Positions 12,181 through 23,588 of a stretch of 64,000 nt of DNA are shown piece after piece (within the stretch, counting starts at the first letter, position 1; the number at the start of each line of letters is the position of its first letter). The translations under genes were made by a program, and so were the position numbers. Source of the DNA: Takakia lepidozioides (taxonomy: Eukaryota > Plantae > Bryophyta); assembly GCA_030704615.1 (NCBI GenBank), contig CM060734.1, positions 46,376,001-46,440,000 on the forward strand, given 5' to 3'. The notes under the pieces are model-generated. The model saw nothing but the letters and a program-made list of their open reading frames with translations, made no database searches and was not told the DNA's origin.

Positions 12181-12323
12181 GTTGTTTGCGTTTGTAGTGC
12201 ATGTGCGAGCCTGCTGGGGAAGGGCAAAGAGGTCCATGGTTGCATCGTCAAAGCTGGAATTGTGGCAGATGTCATTATGAACAATACCCTTGGACAGGGA
12301 GTGTTAACAATATGGCTGAGCGA
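12181..12323 (+). pseudogene. Duplicate PPR L-S fragment (copy of about 9270-9419)
   Basis: Near-identical to 9275-9419, including the shared deletion of the MYAKCG..DARQ segment. Confidence 0.85.
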
Positions 12324-12339
12324 AGGATAGAGTGTAATG

Positions 12340-13414
12340 ACTGCTAATGAAGGCACCTTCTTCAATTTCACTTGTTTTCCCTCTTATAGAATCGCCCCTA
12401 ATTATTCATCTGAATTCTGCAAGTTAGCTGGTTGAGTGAAGCTTTGATAGTTTGGAGTGACTTTGACATGATTCTGCCAATGTGACAACAGGAAAGTATC
12501 AGGTAACACAGACGAGGAGAAGTTGTGGAATGAATATTTTTCTGACCCCAGTCAATGGTGGGACAATCGAGGCAAGAAGGTGAATGTTTGTTGGATTATA
12601 GAGAGTAGCAGATGCAATTGAGCGTAGGAACTAGTGTGATAAGTTGAGTTGGGTGCTTCCTAGAACAAGTCTAGGCTGTCATCGTCAACTGCTAGCAACA
12701 AGGCAAGGTTGTATGCATGATTCGTGTGAGGCATGGATAGTTGAAGGAGCAAGGATAGAGTGTGGGTGCAGATTCACCCAAGAGGGCCAGACTTCAAGCT
12801 CCAGATTAACTATGAAGCTACATGAAACCTGCATGGGTAGATGGTCAACTGGCAGCAACGGCACAATTGATAAAATCAGACATTGTTAATGAAGGCATCT
12901 TCTTCAGCACATTTCACCCTGTTTTTCCCTCTTATTAGAATCGGTCCAAAATTTCCATGTTGAATTATGCAAGTTAACTGGTTGAGTGAATCTAGTTTGG
13001 AGTGACTTTGACATGATACTGCTATGTGACAACATGAAAGTGTCAAAAAACAAGTAACAGACATGAGGAGAAGCTGTGGAATGAATACTTTTCTGCCCCC
13101 AGTCAATGATGGGACAATCGAGGCAAAAAGGTGAATGCCTGCTACATTTCAGAGTAGCAGACGCAATTGAGCATAGGAACTAGTGTAATAAGCTGAGTTG
13201 GGTGTTTCCTAGAACAAATGTAGGTTGTCATTGTCAGCTACTAGCAGCAAGGCAAGGATGAATGCATGATTTGTGCAGGGGCATGGATAGCTGAAGAAAC
13301 AGGGATAGAGTGTGGTCCAGATTCATCCTAGAGGGCCAAATTTCAAGCACAAGATTTACCTATGATTCCCTGTGGATCAATAACTACAAGAAACCTCCAT
13401 GGGTAGATGATCTA
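12340..13414 (+). pseudogene. Two tandem ~540-bp copies of an intron-containing fragment of an organellar ssDNA-binding (OSB-type, PDF motif) gene
   Basis: EEKLWNEYFSDPSQWWDNRGKK, then a GT..AG intron (12580-12771; 13131-13320), then IHPRGPDFK / IHPRGPNFKHK..SLWI..KPPWV. Confidence 0.85.
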
Positions 13415-13632
13415 TTCCGTGGAACTCACTGAAGTCTTGCATTATGAGGATCAGAACTGCTTGACTTGCACGAGGCCTTGACCCTTAGGCAATCCCCAGC
13501 AGTAGTAGCTTTTGGGCTACTTTTTTACTTTGTGTTTTCATTTTGTCCCATAAGCTCTTTGAGCTTTCCGCAGATGTAATAAAGTACCATTTTGTTTCAT
13601 TTCATTCATTTTCATTTCATTTTGTTTCATGA
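13415..13632 (+). mobile_element. 5'-truncated 3' end of an RTE/RTEX-like LINE with a (CATTT)-type tail
   Basis: Homologous to 54770-54990 (minus) and 48040-48240 (HYEDQ..L..LHEALTLRQS; gagctttccg..gtaataaag..cattt repeats). Confidence 0.8.
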
Positions 13633-14259
13633 CATGTCTTTCATCGTTTGTGCATTTCTAATGCATGATTAGTTCTCTTGTATGGCATTACTAGTCGACT
13701 CACTACAAACACCAAAACTCCAAAGCATGAATCACTGTGAATGATTGTTCAAGTAATTTCGAGCACTTCATGTAAAGTAGTAAAGCAGTGGTTGCGCCAA
13801 CTTCCGCAGTCGCAATTGCCACTGGGCATGTAGCACTGCAAGTTATGTGTCTACTACCACGTGGCGCCCCGGGCCCGTGGCCACGTGGCAGCAGTGGTGC
13901 TCGTCGTGCGCCGCCCGTCGGCATCCACATGGTCGTCCACGTCCGCGCCCATGTGTCACCACGCTTCAGTGAGTCGGTCCACTCATCCGGAGGGAAAAGT
14001 CAAAGTCAGCCCAAAAGGTCAGACACACGGGCGACCTGCCTGGTTACGCCACGTGGTTCTTCAGCATTAATCGCATTAATCGCTGAGCAGTTGTTCGCGC
14101 GTCTGCGTCCTTTACCACTCTAATCATTGGATGTCCAACCCAACTACCACGTCTGTTGTAACTAGTCTGTTGTAACTTCCAGTCGATCCCAGTTTTTTTA
14201 CTTTTACGACTCAAAATGAGTTGTTACCCCAGTGGTAAATGACACGAATGCTTCTAGTG

Positions 14260-14830
14260 TATCAGACGCAGTTTCCACATGATATCCTTCTTATGCCCCC
14301 AGTCTTGGGTCCAGGGGAAGATAAAAACCCTCGCCAAGGATCGCTGAGTGTTGAAACAAACAGCCTTATCAGCATCTATGGAGGAACCAAACAGGATGGA
14401 GTCGAAGCCCCTTCCCATGGACAGACATAAGTGATGCGCGAGTCCTCCCTCTGCACCGAGATGTTCATCCACCCAGTGTCTGATCCATGCATGGGGATGT
14501 AGTTTGCTAGGGAAGTAAAGCATAATGACTCTCTGTGATAACTTTTGTGCTTGTGTTATCATTTTATCCTTGTTGAGGGTGAGAACTGGCTGTTCTGATT
14601 TAGCTGACACTGTTGTGTCTTCCCATAGCACTTCTGCAGGTGCTGGGGAGGGGTGGGGGAGGATTGCTGCGCTCGGACCTTTACCCAAGAAGGAACCTCC
14701 CGTCAAATCTATGGAGGTGGTTTTCCTTACCCACGTTTGGTTTTTTCCCCTGCTTGAGTGCCATGCACCGCTGCGCTTGCTTTGTTTGGAGTTTTCCCCT
14801 CTGGAGGCCCTGAGTGCCAGACAAAAGATC
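14260..14830 (-). mobile_element. 5' part of the same L1-like LINE (ORF1 N-terminus, DUF4283-like)
   Basis: ORF 14254-14706 (WIRHWVDEHLG, GRGFDSILF, VFIFPW) continues in frame into 7873 once the CACTA is excised. Confidence 0.85.
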
Positions 14831-15614
14831 TCTGCTTAACAAGATAGCACGATACAAACAGGCTGAGAATGCAATAGATGGGGGTAAACAGAGAAAGAAT
14901 GGCGATAGACCTGTAGAACTGAGAATTCACAGGGCCATGATAGACAAGTAAGCAGACAAGAGAGATTATGCAAATGAGAGATTTTAGAAGCGGAATTGGC
15001 AAAAACTTCACCACAAGACAATGGTGGAATTGCATTTCTTGATGTTGTCTTTCAACAACACTAAAGTGTCACTTAATTCGCACTTAGAGGTCCTTGTTCA
15101 CTTTTGTACAGTCACCCCATTTGGGTCTTCTAATATAAAGTTTTACAGATATTTTCTTCGATTTTTATTTTTTATTTTTTTATTTTTAATTTTATTTTTG
15201 GGGAAAGGAGAGGAAGCCCTTGAGAGCTTTATTGAACATTATTGAAGATTCCTACATTTGTTTCCGGCGGGCACTAGCTTCTACCTAGTCATGTTTGCCA
15301 CAGGTTGCATTTACCTAAAGGGTGTTGTTAGTGCATCATTTATTATTATTATTATTATTTTCATGATCTCAACCAAAATGGACCAAACAACCCATAGAGC
15401 AATTTGTTTGCTCTTCCTTAAGGAGAGACCATCTAAAATTGTTTTCTCTTGATGTACCTTCCCCAGTTGATACCTTCCTATCAAGATCATACCTTCCCCA
15501 ATAACAGCGATCTTCAGTATAGTCTAGATTCTCATCCGCCTAGTGTTACCTTCATTCCTAAATTGGTGAGTGCTATAATGTCATTTTATTCAGTACCCTT
15601 CAGATTTATCCCTC

Positions 15615-16100
15615 AACTTTTTTTTTCGTTTTTTTTCTTTTTTTTTAATAGGTAAGAGGGACGGAGGCCTCAGAATTTTATAAATAAGGGGATGTAAATA
15701 TCCCGAAGGGAAGTACATGAGGAAAAAATAACCTCATCCTGAGTGCCATGGAGGCTGATCCAGGAAGACTACGCTTCGTGACCAAAAAGAACGAGGATTG
15801 AAGACCGTACCATAGACCACAGTGATCCAGAGGGCAGATCAGAGCAGCATAGAGCAGAACAGGGCAAGACAAGGCCTTAATCAAATTGCAGCAGTCAGTA
15901 ACTACCACGCTTGTTCTTGTAAGGCAAGAAAGAAAGGTGAGTCCTAGATCTAGCTTCTAATAGATTTGCGGTGGCGCCAGTTCACTTCTGGCTCCTCACC
16001 CCCTGCCGGGGAGAGATTACTGAAGGAGCTCCCAGCCTGGAGGGATGGCGTCGTGCCAACGAATTCCGGATGTTGATGAATCTCGAACGCAAAGTGTTTT
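15615..16100 (-). mobile_element. 5'-truncated LINE 3' end with A-rich tail
   Basis: Poly(T) on + at 15618-15646. LSPAGGEEPEVNWRHRKSIR resembles GRSPGDGEEADYIWRHRRAR at 4151-4384. Confidence 0.65.
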
Positions 16101-19100
16101 TCCTTTCCCCCAAGTGGCGTCAAGCTTAGCAAGTAATTGGTTCCTCCTTCTGCTGTTACATTTGCAAACAGCTTCCCTCAACACCCACCATGCCTTACGG
16201 GCCTTAGACTTATTATATACAGTTGAAAAAATATATATATGTATACAGTTCCTTTCAGGTTTATCCCTTCAACTCTATTATTTTCACTTTCTCCCCATGT
16301 TATCACAATGACTTCCATTATATAGTTCCCTTCAGCTCCACTATATTCAGTTCCTTTCAGTTTTATCACATTGAATTCCATTATATTCACCCTCCAATTC
16401 CATCACATTCAATTTTATCTTTTTGTACTTGTTCCTTGAATTTAATTTATTATTAGTATATATGAGATAAAAATAAAGTAATGTAGATGCTAAATTTTAC
16501 TTTTATTTTTTAATTGTTATCCTTAGGGATTACTCTTGACATTGATGGTATCAAATTTGTATTATACATTTTATTGATTTTAAAATTTGTATTAGGTATA
16601 CATATTTTTAAAATCAATAAAATGAAGACCGCCAACGCTAGCCTTTATCCACACCGCAACCTTGGCCTGAGAATCTTGTCCCAAACTTTTGGAATCTTAA
16701 GCCCAGGTTGTAGAACATTATCCCGAGCTTTTGGAAGCTTAAGCCCGGGCTCAAGAATATTAATTGTGGCTGATGCCACATGGCGGTAGAGGGTACTATG
16801 GTAAAGCCTCCTAATATTGCACAGTTCTCAACAATGTTCCCAATATTGCGCACCTGATTGCGAAGTTTGGATGAATGTTATATGTTATCATCCAACACAT
16901 TCCATCCACATTCTACCTGTCACTTCCATACATTCATCCACGCGCTTCCTGCCCTTGTTGCTTCCCGTCTCTGCTCAGACCATGAGATCGGCCATGGCCT
17001 TGGCGTGAACTCCATCGACCTGGCAAAGCAATTACATAGAAGGTCGCCAAGGAGCAATTCTACATATTGAAGCTCACATTCTTTCTGGGACAAATGAATC
17101 CAAGTACTTCTTCCCTTTCCCCCTTTTCTGCCCTTGAGATATAGTTTGTGGCTGCAAGGAGAGCTAGGGCATAAGGTCTAATGTCTACATTCGACATTCT
17201 AAATTCGACATTCGACATTCTAAGGTCCAATGTCTACATGTCTATGGTTCTTAACCTTCATTCTGGGGTTCGAAATCTCAAGGATTTTGTCTTTTTCTTT
17301 GCTCCTCTCCTCCCTATGTCTCTCTCATCTCTGACAAATGAGATATTTGCTTTGCAAGGCTACTGGATCTGTAACATGTGTACGGACCTTCTCTCTGGTG
17401 ACAAAACAATCCCACATTTTGGGCAGTGCATGTGCCATGCTAATAGAGTATATCGAGGCGTTCAGTGTCAGTAGATTTCCGCTGCAAATATGGTCCAGAT
17501 TAGGGATTAATGTCAGAAGAGTCATGTTTACATTGCAACTTAGACTACCACCCGTACATTGAAACAAACATAGGTTTACTTATCTTAGTAATGGAGTAAT
17601 TTCAAGAGGTATGTCTGGGAGGATCTGGTTGGGGAAACACCTATGAACATGATGAAAGTGTCCTACAAAATTGACGTGACCACAATATCTCTTCAGAGAG
17701 CACATTGGCTCTTCAATGGACTCATTCCTGACATTGGTCCCCTCAACAGAGTGTGGCAGCGTAGCATGGCCTATCCACTACAGTAATTCATGAATGACTT
17801 TTTTTGGAGATCAAAATGTATGCAAGTTTTGAGAGTTTCTCCATATTTGCAAGCAGGGCAGTGACTGTGGGAAATCAATTTATGGGAAGAGATTCAATGA
17901 TGAGAATTTCAAGCTTCTGCACAAGGGCATGGGGGTGCTCTCAATGGCCAACACGGGGCCCCATACAAATGGTAAACAATGTGTTTCAATTTCAGGTCAC
18001 CAAGAGCATAAAAGACATTGGTGTTATGCTGGTGCATGGTGCAACATCATCAAAGAATGGCTGCATATTTCTGCATGCCATTTTTTGAGCGAACAAGAAA
18101 ATTAGTTTCAGAACCCACATTTGCTGCGCTGTTCTCTATTAATTCTCAATGTGGTGTATCATATTCTCATGATTGAACCATCGTATATTAGTGTTGTCTT
18201 TCATTTGCCACTCAGCTTTGCAGAGTTTCCGTTCCGGACTTCTAAAGCAATTATTCACAAAGCTAGCCATCAACAGAATTCCTCCTCTCTTCATGTTTTC
18301 TATGATATGGTTACTTTTTATCTATCATTATGGGGCTGGCCGCTTTGTTCCAGGACATTATTGCTTGGAAGTAGTTGACAAAGTTAGCAGAAACTGGAAA
18401 CCTCACTGAAACTTTATCAAGATATCTTCTCCAGTTACCTGATCAAAGCATCTCTAGGATGTACTCATGGATTCAGAGGATGTCTATGGGACTTTCAATG
18501 TACTGATGTGAAGAAAGCATGAAGAAAATGTGTCATGTCCTAATATTACGCATTTGAATGCGCGCGCAATCAAGTGCGCAATATTAGGGATTTTTCTATG
18601 TTTCCAAAGATCCCATACCCACTGCATGAAAACCTGATGGGTTATTCTCAATTTTATAGATTTTACATAATGAAAAATATTTATGGGTTGCCACCTGTAA
18701 AAAAAAAGGCCCATGTAAGAAAAAAATTGAAATTCCATTAGGTTAAGCAAAATGTGACAGGTGCATGCTGAAAGTGAGCATTATTAGGACACTTTACCAT
18801 ATACAAGGGGACGGAGTAATGTTGGGCACATCTAAATTAGGTTGTATTCGGATTTTAACAAATTAATTGTTTAAAAGGTAAATGGCACACTCCGGCATTA
18901 ACTCTATTTTTCTTGGCTCCTCTTTACTCTAAATTGAGAACTACATAGGGCCCGTAGGTGTCAAAAATTGCTAAGAACCTGTTGTACCTTCCCCAAGTGT
19001 CACCTACTCTCATTTGCTCAAAACTACTTCCATGTGCCCACTCCCTTCTCCATGTAACACCTTCCTGAGGTAAGAGCTCTATTACTGAACAAAATAAATG

Positions 19101-21309
19101 GATGAATTCTAAAGTTTATTACGAATGAAAGTAGATTCCACTATTCAGAAAGAGGAGCCATATTAACCAATTAGTCGTTTGTTATTATTATTATTATTAA
19201 TTTTTTAATTTAAAGTTTCTAGGCTGTTAGTTTGTTCCTTCTTTGTGTATATAGAAATATGGGACTATTTTGGGTGTTCTCTTAAAAGCTTTTTGTCATT
19301 AATATATTAAGAGATACGTAGGAGGTGATCAGCCGGATAGAAATTTGAGCATTTGAAAATTATTCTGTAAACCTAAAGTATATGAAGCTCATCTTTCCAA
19401 TACTAATATAGGCTATCTTCCATTTTTACAGAAATAAAATAAAAATCCATGTTTATCTTTTTTTTTCTTTTCAACGAAGGGACAGGAACCCAGAAATTGC
19501 ATTAGACGAAGGCAAGGAAAAAGCAACCTCAAAGGCCGACAACGAAGGCTTGAATAAACAAGGTATCAGCCTGTTTATTTTGTCGGTTCCTATTTACTCT
19601 AAAGAGGAAATTACGCATCATTGTCAAAAATCGCTAAGCACCTATTGTGTCTTCCTCCATATACATGTTATCTCCTCTCCTTTGCTCATTTGTTATTAAA
19701 CAACTTGTGAAAAATAAATGGATGTATTTTCAAGTTTATTATGGATGAAGGTGCATTCCACTATTCACAAAGAAGAGTTGCCATATAGACTAGTCACTTG
19801 TTTATTTTATTAGTGACAAGCGGCTAGTCGCATAATGGCTCCATCCTAATTACAAAACTAGATATTTTTCTTAACCTTACATACAATCTTAGATATTGTT
19901 TCATAGGTGTTGTATGATGTATGTTTTTATAAGTTAGTTTTGGCATTGCATGACACCACTAGAAAACTTGGGATTCAAGAGTGTGACTTTCTCGTTGTCA
20001 TGGCACATCTGACTAAACATGTGCGACTACACAGTCACGAAAGCAGTTAAAAATGAATAAAATATTCTTTGCAGTCATCCACCTGATTGTTGATTAGTCC
20101 CCGGGTTAGTCCCCGGGGTCAACGCTAGTTGAACCCAAATGACGTCAGATGGGACATATGATAGTAGGGCCACACTGGACGCATACGTCCACAGGTTACA
20201 GCTCCCACATTGCGGGGCCTCAGCGCGCAGTTGTGCCAAAGCGTCCCGGCCACAGCGTCCGCGCAACGCATTTCGAAATGGCGTCAAGCTTTACGTCCGT
20301 CCCCAAAATGCACGTCCGGGCCCAGCACGTCATATGGGAACTTGACACCTATCCAAGATGAACTCTTTTCCACCTTAGTATATCCCCACAACTCATACAG
20401 TCATTTTTCGACAAGAAGCAACAGTGACCGTGACGTGAAGTAGGGAAGGGAGGAGGAGGTCGACAACAGTGAACACGACAGATATGATTTTGTGCACAGT
20501 ACGTCCATGGTGCAAGAAATTAGTATGCCCATTTTTGGAATGTGTGGGGTGCGCCATGATAGGCTAGCAAGCTAACCCAAAGAGGAATGACCTACAATAC
20601 ACCACTTAATCCATCACTCAAATTATCCTAGGTAGATGAACTTTACTGAAAATTGTTTCAACTACAAAATGTTGGGGCTCATCAAGAGCTTTTCAATGGT
20701 ATCTTTATTTCTTGAAATGGTTAAAATGGTTTAAGTCCAAGGTACCAAACGAGCAATATATCTTGTGCGCCATGATGGGCCACTTGTCCTTAAATTGCTA
20801 TAGGTAGATGTCCTCTAATGAAAATTGCTCCAACTACAAAAAGATGGGCCACATTAAGCGCTTTCTAATGGTATTTTTATTTTTATTTTTTTGGGTTACC
20901 ATCTCAGGTAGAAAAGTTATTAATGAGATATGAATGAGTCATGAAAGGAACATGGCGCGATATAGGCTAACATTGACATCCTCTACTTCTATCCACTTTT
21001 ATTAACAGATAAAGTCAGAATCTCATTTAGCTTCCAACTAGGAAAAGTTGTCTTATCTTAAGAGCTTTCTGTTAAGCTATTACATGATCTCATAGGTTAA
21101 AAGCACAAAAAAAATAAAATTACATTTACCCAACTTCCTGCGCCTGAATCGGAGTGCTTCCTTCCAGTGGGATAAGGTGCCCAGTGCCCACCCAACAGTG
21201 GTAAATGCATCGTTTACAAGCTGTAAATGCATGCGTATCATAGGCAAGACTCGGCCCAAAAAGTCATGCTAACTAAGAGCCATTTCACTTTGCAACTATG
21301 TACATTTTT

Positions 21310-21800
21310 CTCGGATGCGACAAGGGAGGTCAAAATTTGGCCCAAAAAACACATGGATACCCTGATCGGTTACCATCAATACAAGAGATTGATCAATTAC
21401 TTCTAGTCAGCGGTTGGATGGCCTCCAAACACTCTACTTTTTCAAGCTTAAGTTGGAAAGATGTGCTTTTGGGAAATAATGACAGAAGAACGTCGAAGAA
21501 AGCTATCCATTCGCTCGTTTCGGGGCTTTCCGTTGAATTAGCGATGTATTTCCACAAACTGTCTTCGCAGCTATGCGTGCTCCATTTGAATCATTTGGTC
21601 ATGCAATACTTCTTTCATCTAAAGAACCAAATTAAATTTGATCCTATTGTTGAAATAGTTTCCGATTTGGTGGCACGGAGCGTAGCTGAAATATCTACGA
21701 TGGGGGAAGCGGAGAAACAGGAACAGCTTGGAGAGAATAGTGCGTAATGGAGAGAATAATGCGACTCTTCTCTTGAATGAAAGCTTTTGTTCGAGAAGAG
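21310..21800 (+). pseudogene. rps3: Nuclear insert of mitochondrial rps3 (NUMT), partial and frameshifted
   Basis: EVKIWPKK / PSIQEIDQLLLVSGWMA..HSTF and LNHLVMQYFFHLKNQIKFDP..VAEISTMGEA match motifs I recall from land-plant mitochondrial Rps3. Confidence 0.8.
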
Positions 21801-21870
21801 AAAGCTTAACCTATACGGTCAAGACCGAGCAAGGCTCCTATGTCGGTTCCGGGTCTTAATCTTAAGTCCG

Positions 21871-22185
21871 GATTCGACTGAGTCATTTAAGAAATTTATA
21901 TCTCAACAACTTCCCTATTAGACTACCCACTGTACAGAAGAGGAAGCGCAGAGGAAGCGCAGGAAACAATTTTTCTTTTCGTCTATTTTCGATTGGGATC
22001 GGAGCCCTTATTACTCAAATTAAAGAAGACCAAGGTTCCCGATCAGGATACCGGGCCTCCCATAAAAAATGGAACCCGGAACCTTGTTCTTCTTTAATTT
22101 GAGTAACAAGGCAAAAACAAATACGGTGGGTAGTCTGATAGGGAAGTTGTTGAGATATAAATTTCTTAAATGACTGGGTCAAATC
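21871..22185. repeat. Long two-stem inverted repeat (fold-back)
   Basis: 21871-21934 pairs with 22122-22185 (5 mismatches in 64). 22006-22039 pairs with 22078-22111 (2 mismatches in 34). Confidence 0.9.
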
Positions 22186-22355
22186 AATTTAATCTTTAAA
22201 TGTGTCGTCTTCCCTCGAGTGGGGGTGAGGGGGGGATCTATCAATGGACAGGTATGGTGAGCAGCAATCCGGGTATATGGGAATGCGGACCTATTCAGCT
22301 CGTATCGTTGAATGCATGTGATTCTCCCGAGTCTCACATGAATGTGGTTAGGTAC

Positions 22356-22707
22356 CAGTATTGGGCGGTTATTTGATTTTTTTTTCATAACCGGCGGTTG
22401 CGGTTGTCTCGAATTTTAGGAAACTATTAACCGCGGTTGCGGTTAATAAAGTTTTTATGGCTAAATATAACCTCAACGGTTATGGTTACTTGCAAAAACC
22501 TCAAATAATCGACGGTTTTCATCAAATAACCGTGGGTATTGGGCGGTTCTTTAAGAGGTTTTTAGCTCGGTTATTTGAATGCGTGACCTTCACCGGTTCC
22601 TAACTGGACCGGTTACTTCATTTTTACCTCCGTCGGTCATATATATATATAACCGGATAGGTAACCGCCGGGTATTAGAGAGAAATTCAAATAACCGCCC
22701 AACATTG
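22356..22707. mobile_element. hAT-type MITE
   Basis: TIRs CAGTATTGGGCGGTTATTTG / CAAATAACCGCCCAACATTG; 8-bp TSD TTAGGTAC / GTAGGTAC (7 of 8); internal AACCG/CGGTT repeats. Confidence 0.85.
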
Positions 22708-23588
22708 GTAGGTACATCGAAATCACATACAGTCTGCACACGAGGATCGACGTGTGCAGTATGATGTGTCTCATTTCGAGGAGGCGTCTGTGATGTTCCA
22801 GGATGCTTCTTCAGGAATCTGACGCAGGATGAGCTTAGCCCCTTCCAGGATGCCTCCACGAAATTGTTTTCGGAAGGTGCACGGATCGTGACTCAGTGGC
22901 CGTCCTTCTCCCTACCGACATGCATTAGATTTGTGGGAGTACTCTTGCCGGGGATGGGTCTTATTACAAACAGTTCTAGGACCGTGTCTGTGTCTAGATC
23001 TTCAAGACATTTGTCCAGGTGTCATCCATCTCTCTCAATGCTTCCACTTTTGCAAGTCTGCTACAGTACTAACTTATGTCCGTGATCATGATCGTGGAGT
23101 TTGACTATGATTGGATTGGAAGTACACTGTTACACGACATGCGCACGGTTGACCTCCGCCTGGGTTTGTGAATGCGAGCTTGCCTTGCTCTTGCTCAGCG
23201 CTTTCAAGGTTCCGGAGAGAAGAATTGATGAGAAATCATCCCCGATGTGAGTGAACTTGTTGGGCCATTATAGGATTATAAAACTAGAGATCCTCAGTGT
23301 CGGAGTTATAAGCACTGGCGGTTTTGTCCAAAATGATAGATGTCACCTGTACGTAAGCTGTGTTTCGTCTACATATTTGAGTCTCAGTGGGCGGCAAGCC
23401 TACATGGCTGCCAGGACCAAGAGCTGAAGTGTCCAACAGCTCGGATATATATGCTAGGATTTCTCCTCTTTCCTTTACAAGTGCCGATCTCCCTCACAGT
23501 GGAGCAACCGGCTTGATCGGTCGGTTTCCTATGGTGCGTGAGGTTGAGATCTAATACTTAGAGCTCGGGGGTACCTTTGAGGGATCAC

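Larger units (their letters stand above)
7877..14259. mobile_element. Non-autonomous CACTA (En/Spm) transposon carrying host-gene fragments (Pack-CACTA)
   Basis: TIR CACTAGAAGCATTCGTGTC (7877-7895) is the exact reverse complement of 14241-14259. TSD TAT at 7874-7876 and 14260-14262. Removing it restores LINE ORF1 in frame (MWKLRLI|AIPFLPP). Confidence 0.95.

Noticed and set aside
13701-13710. CACTACAAAC as an alternative CACTA end
   Set aside because: No inverted partner; it lies inside the element already defined by the 7877/14259 TIRs.
18915-19805. Diverged ~250-bp direct duplication (18915-19185 versus 19590-19805)
   Set aside because: Real but old, AT-rich and without recognisable termini or coding signal.
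19957-21300. CACTAGAAAA start followed by repeated caactacaaaa..gagctttc motifs, a possible second CACTA
   Set aside because: No matching right TIR or TSD found in the window.
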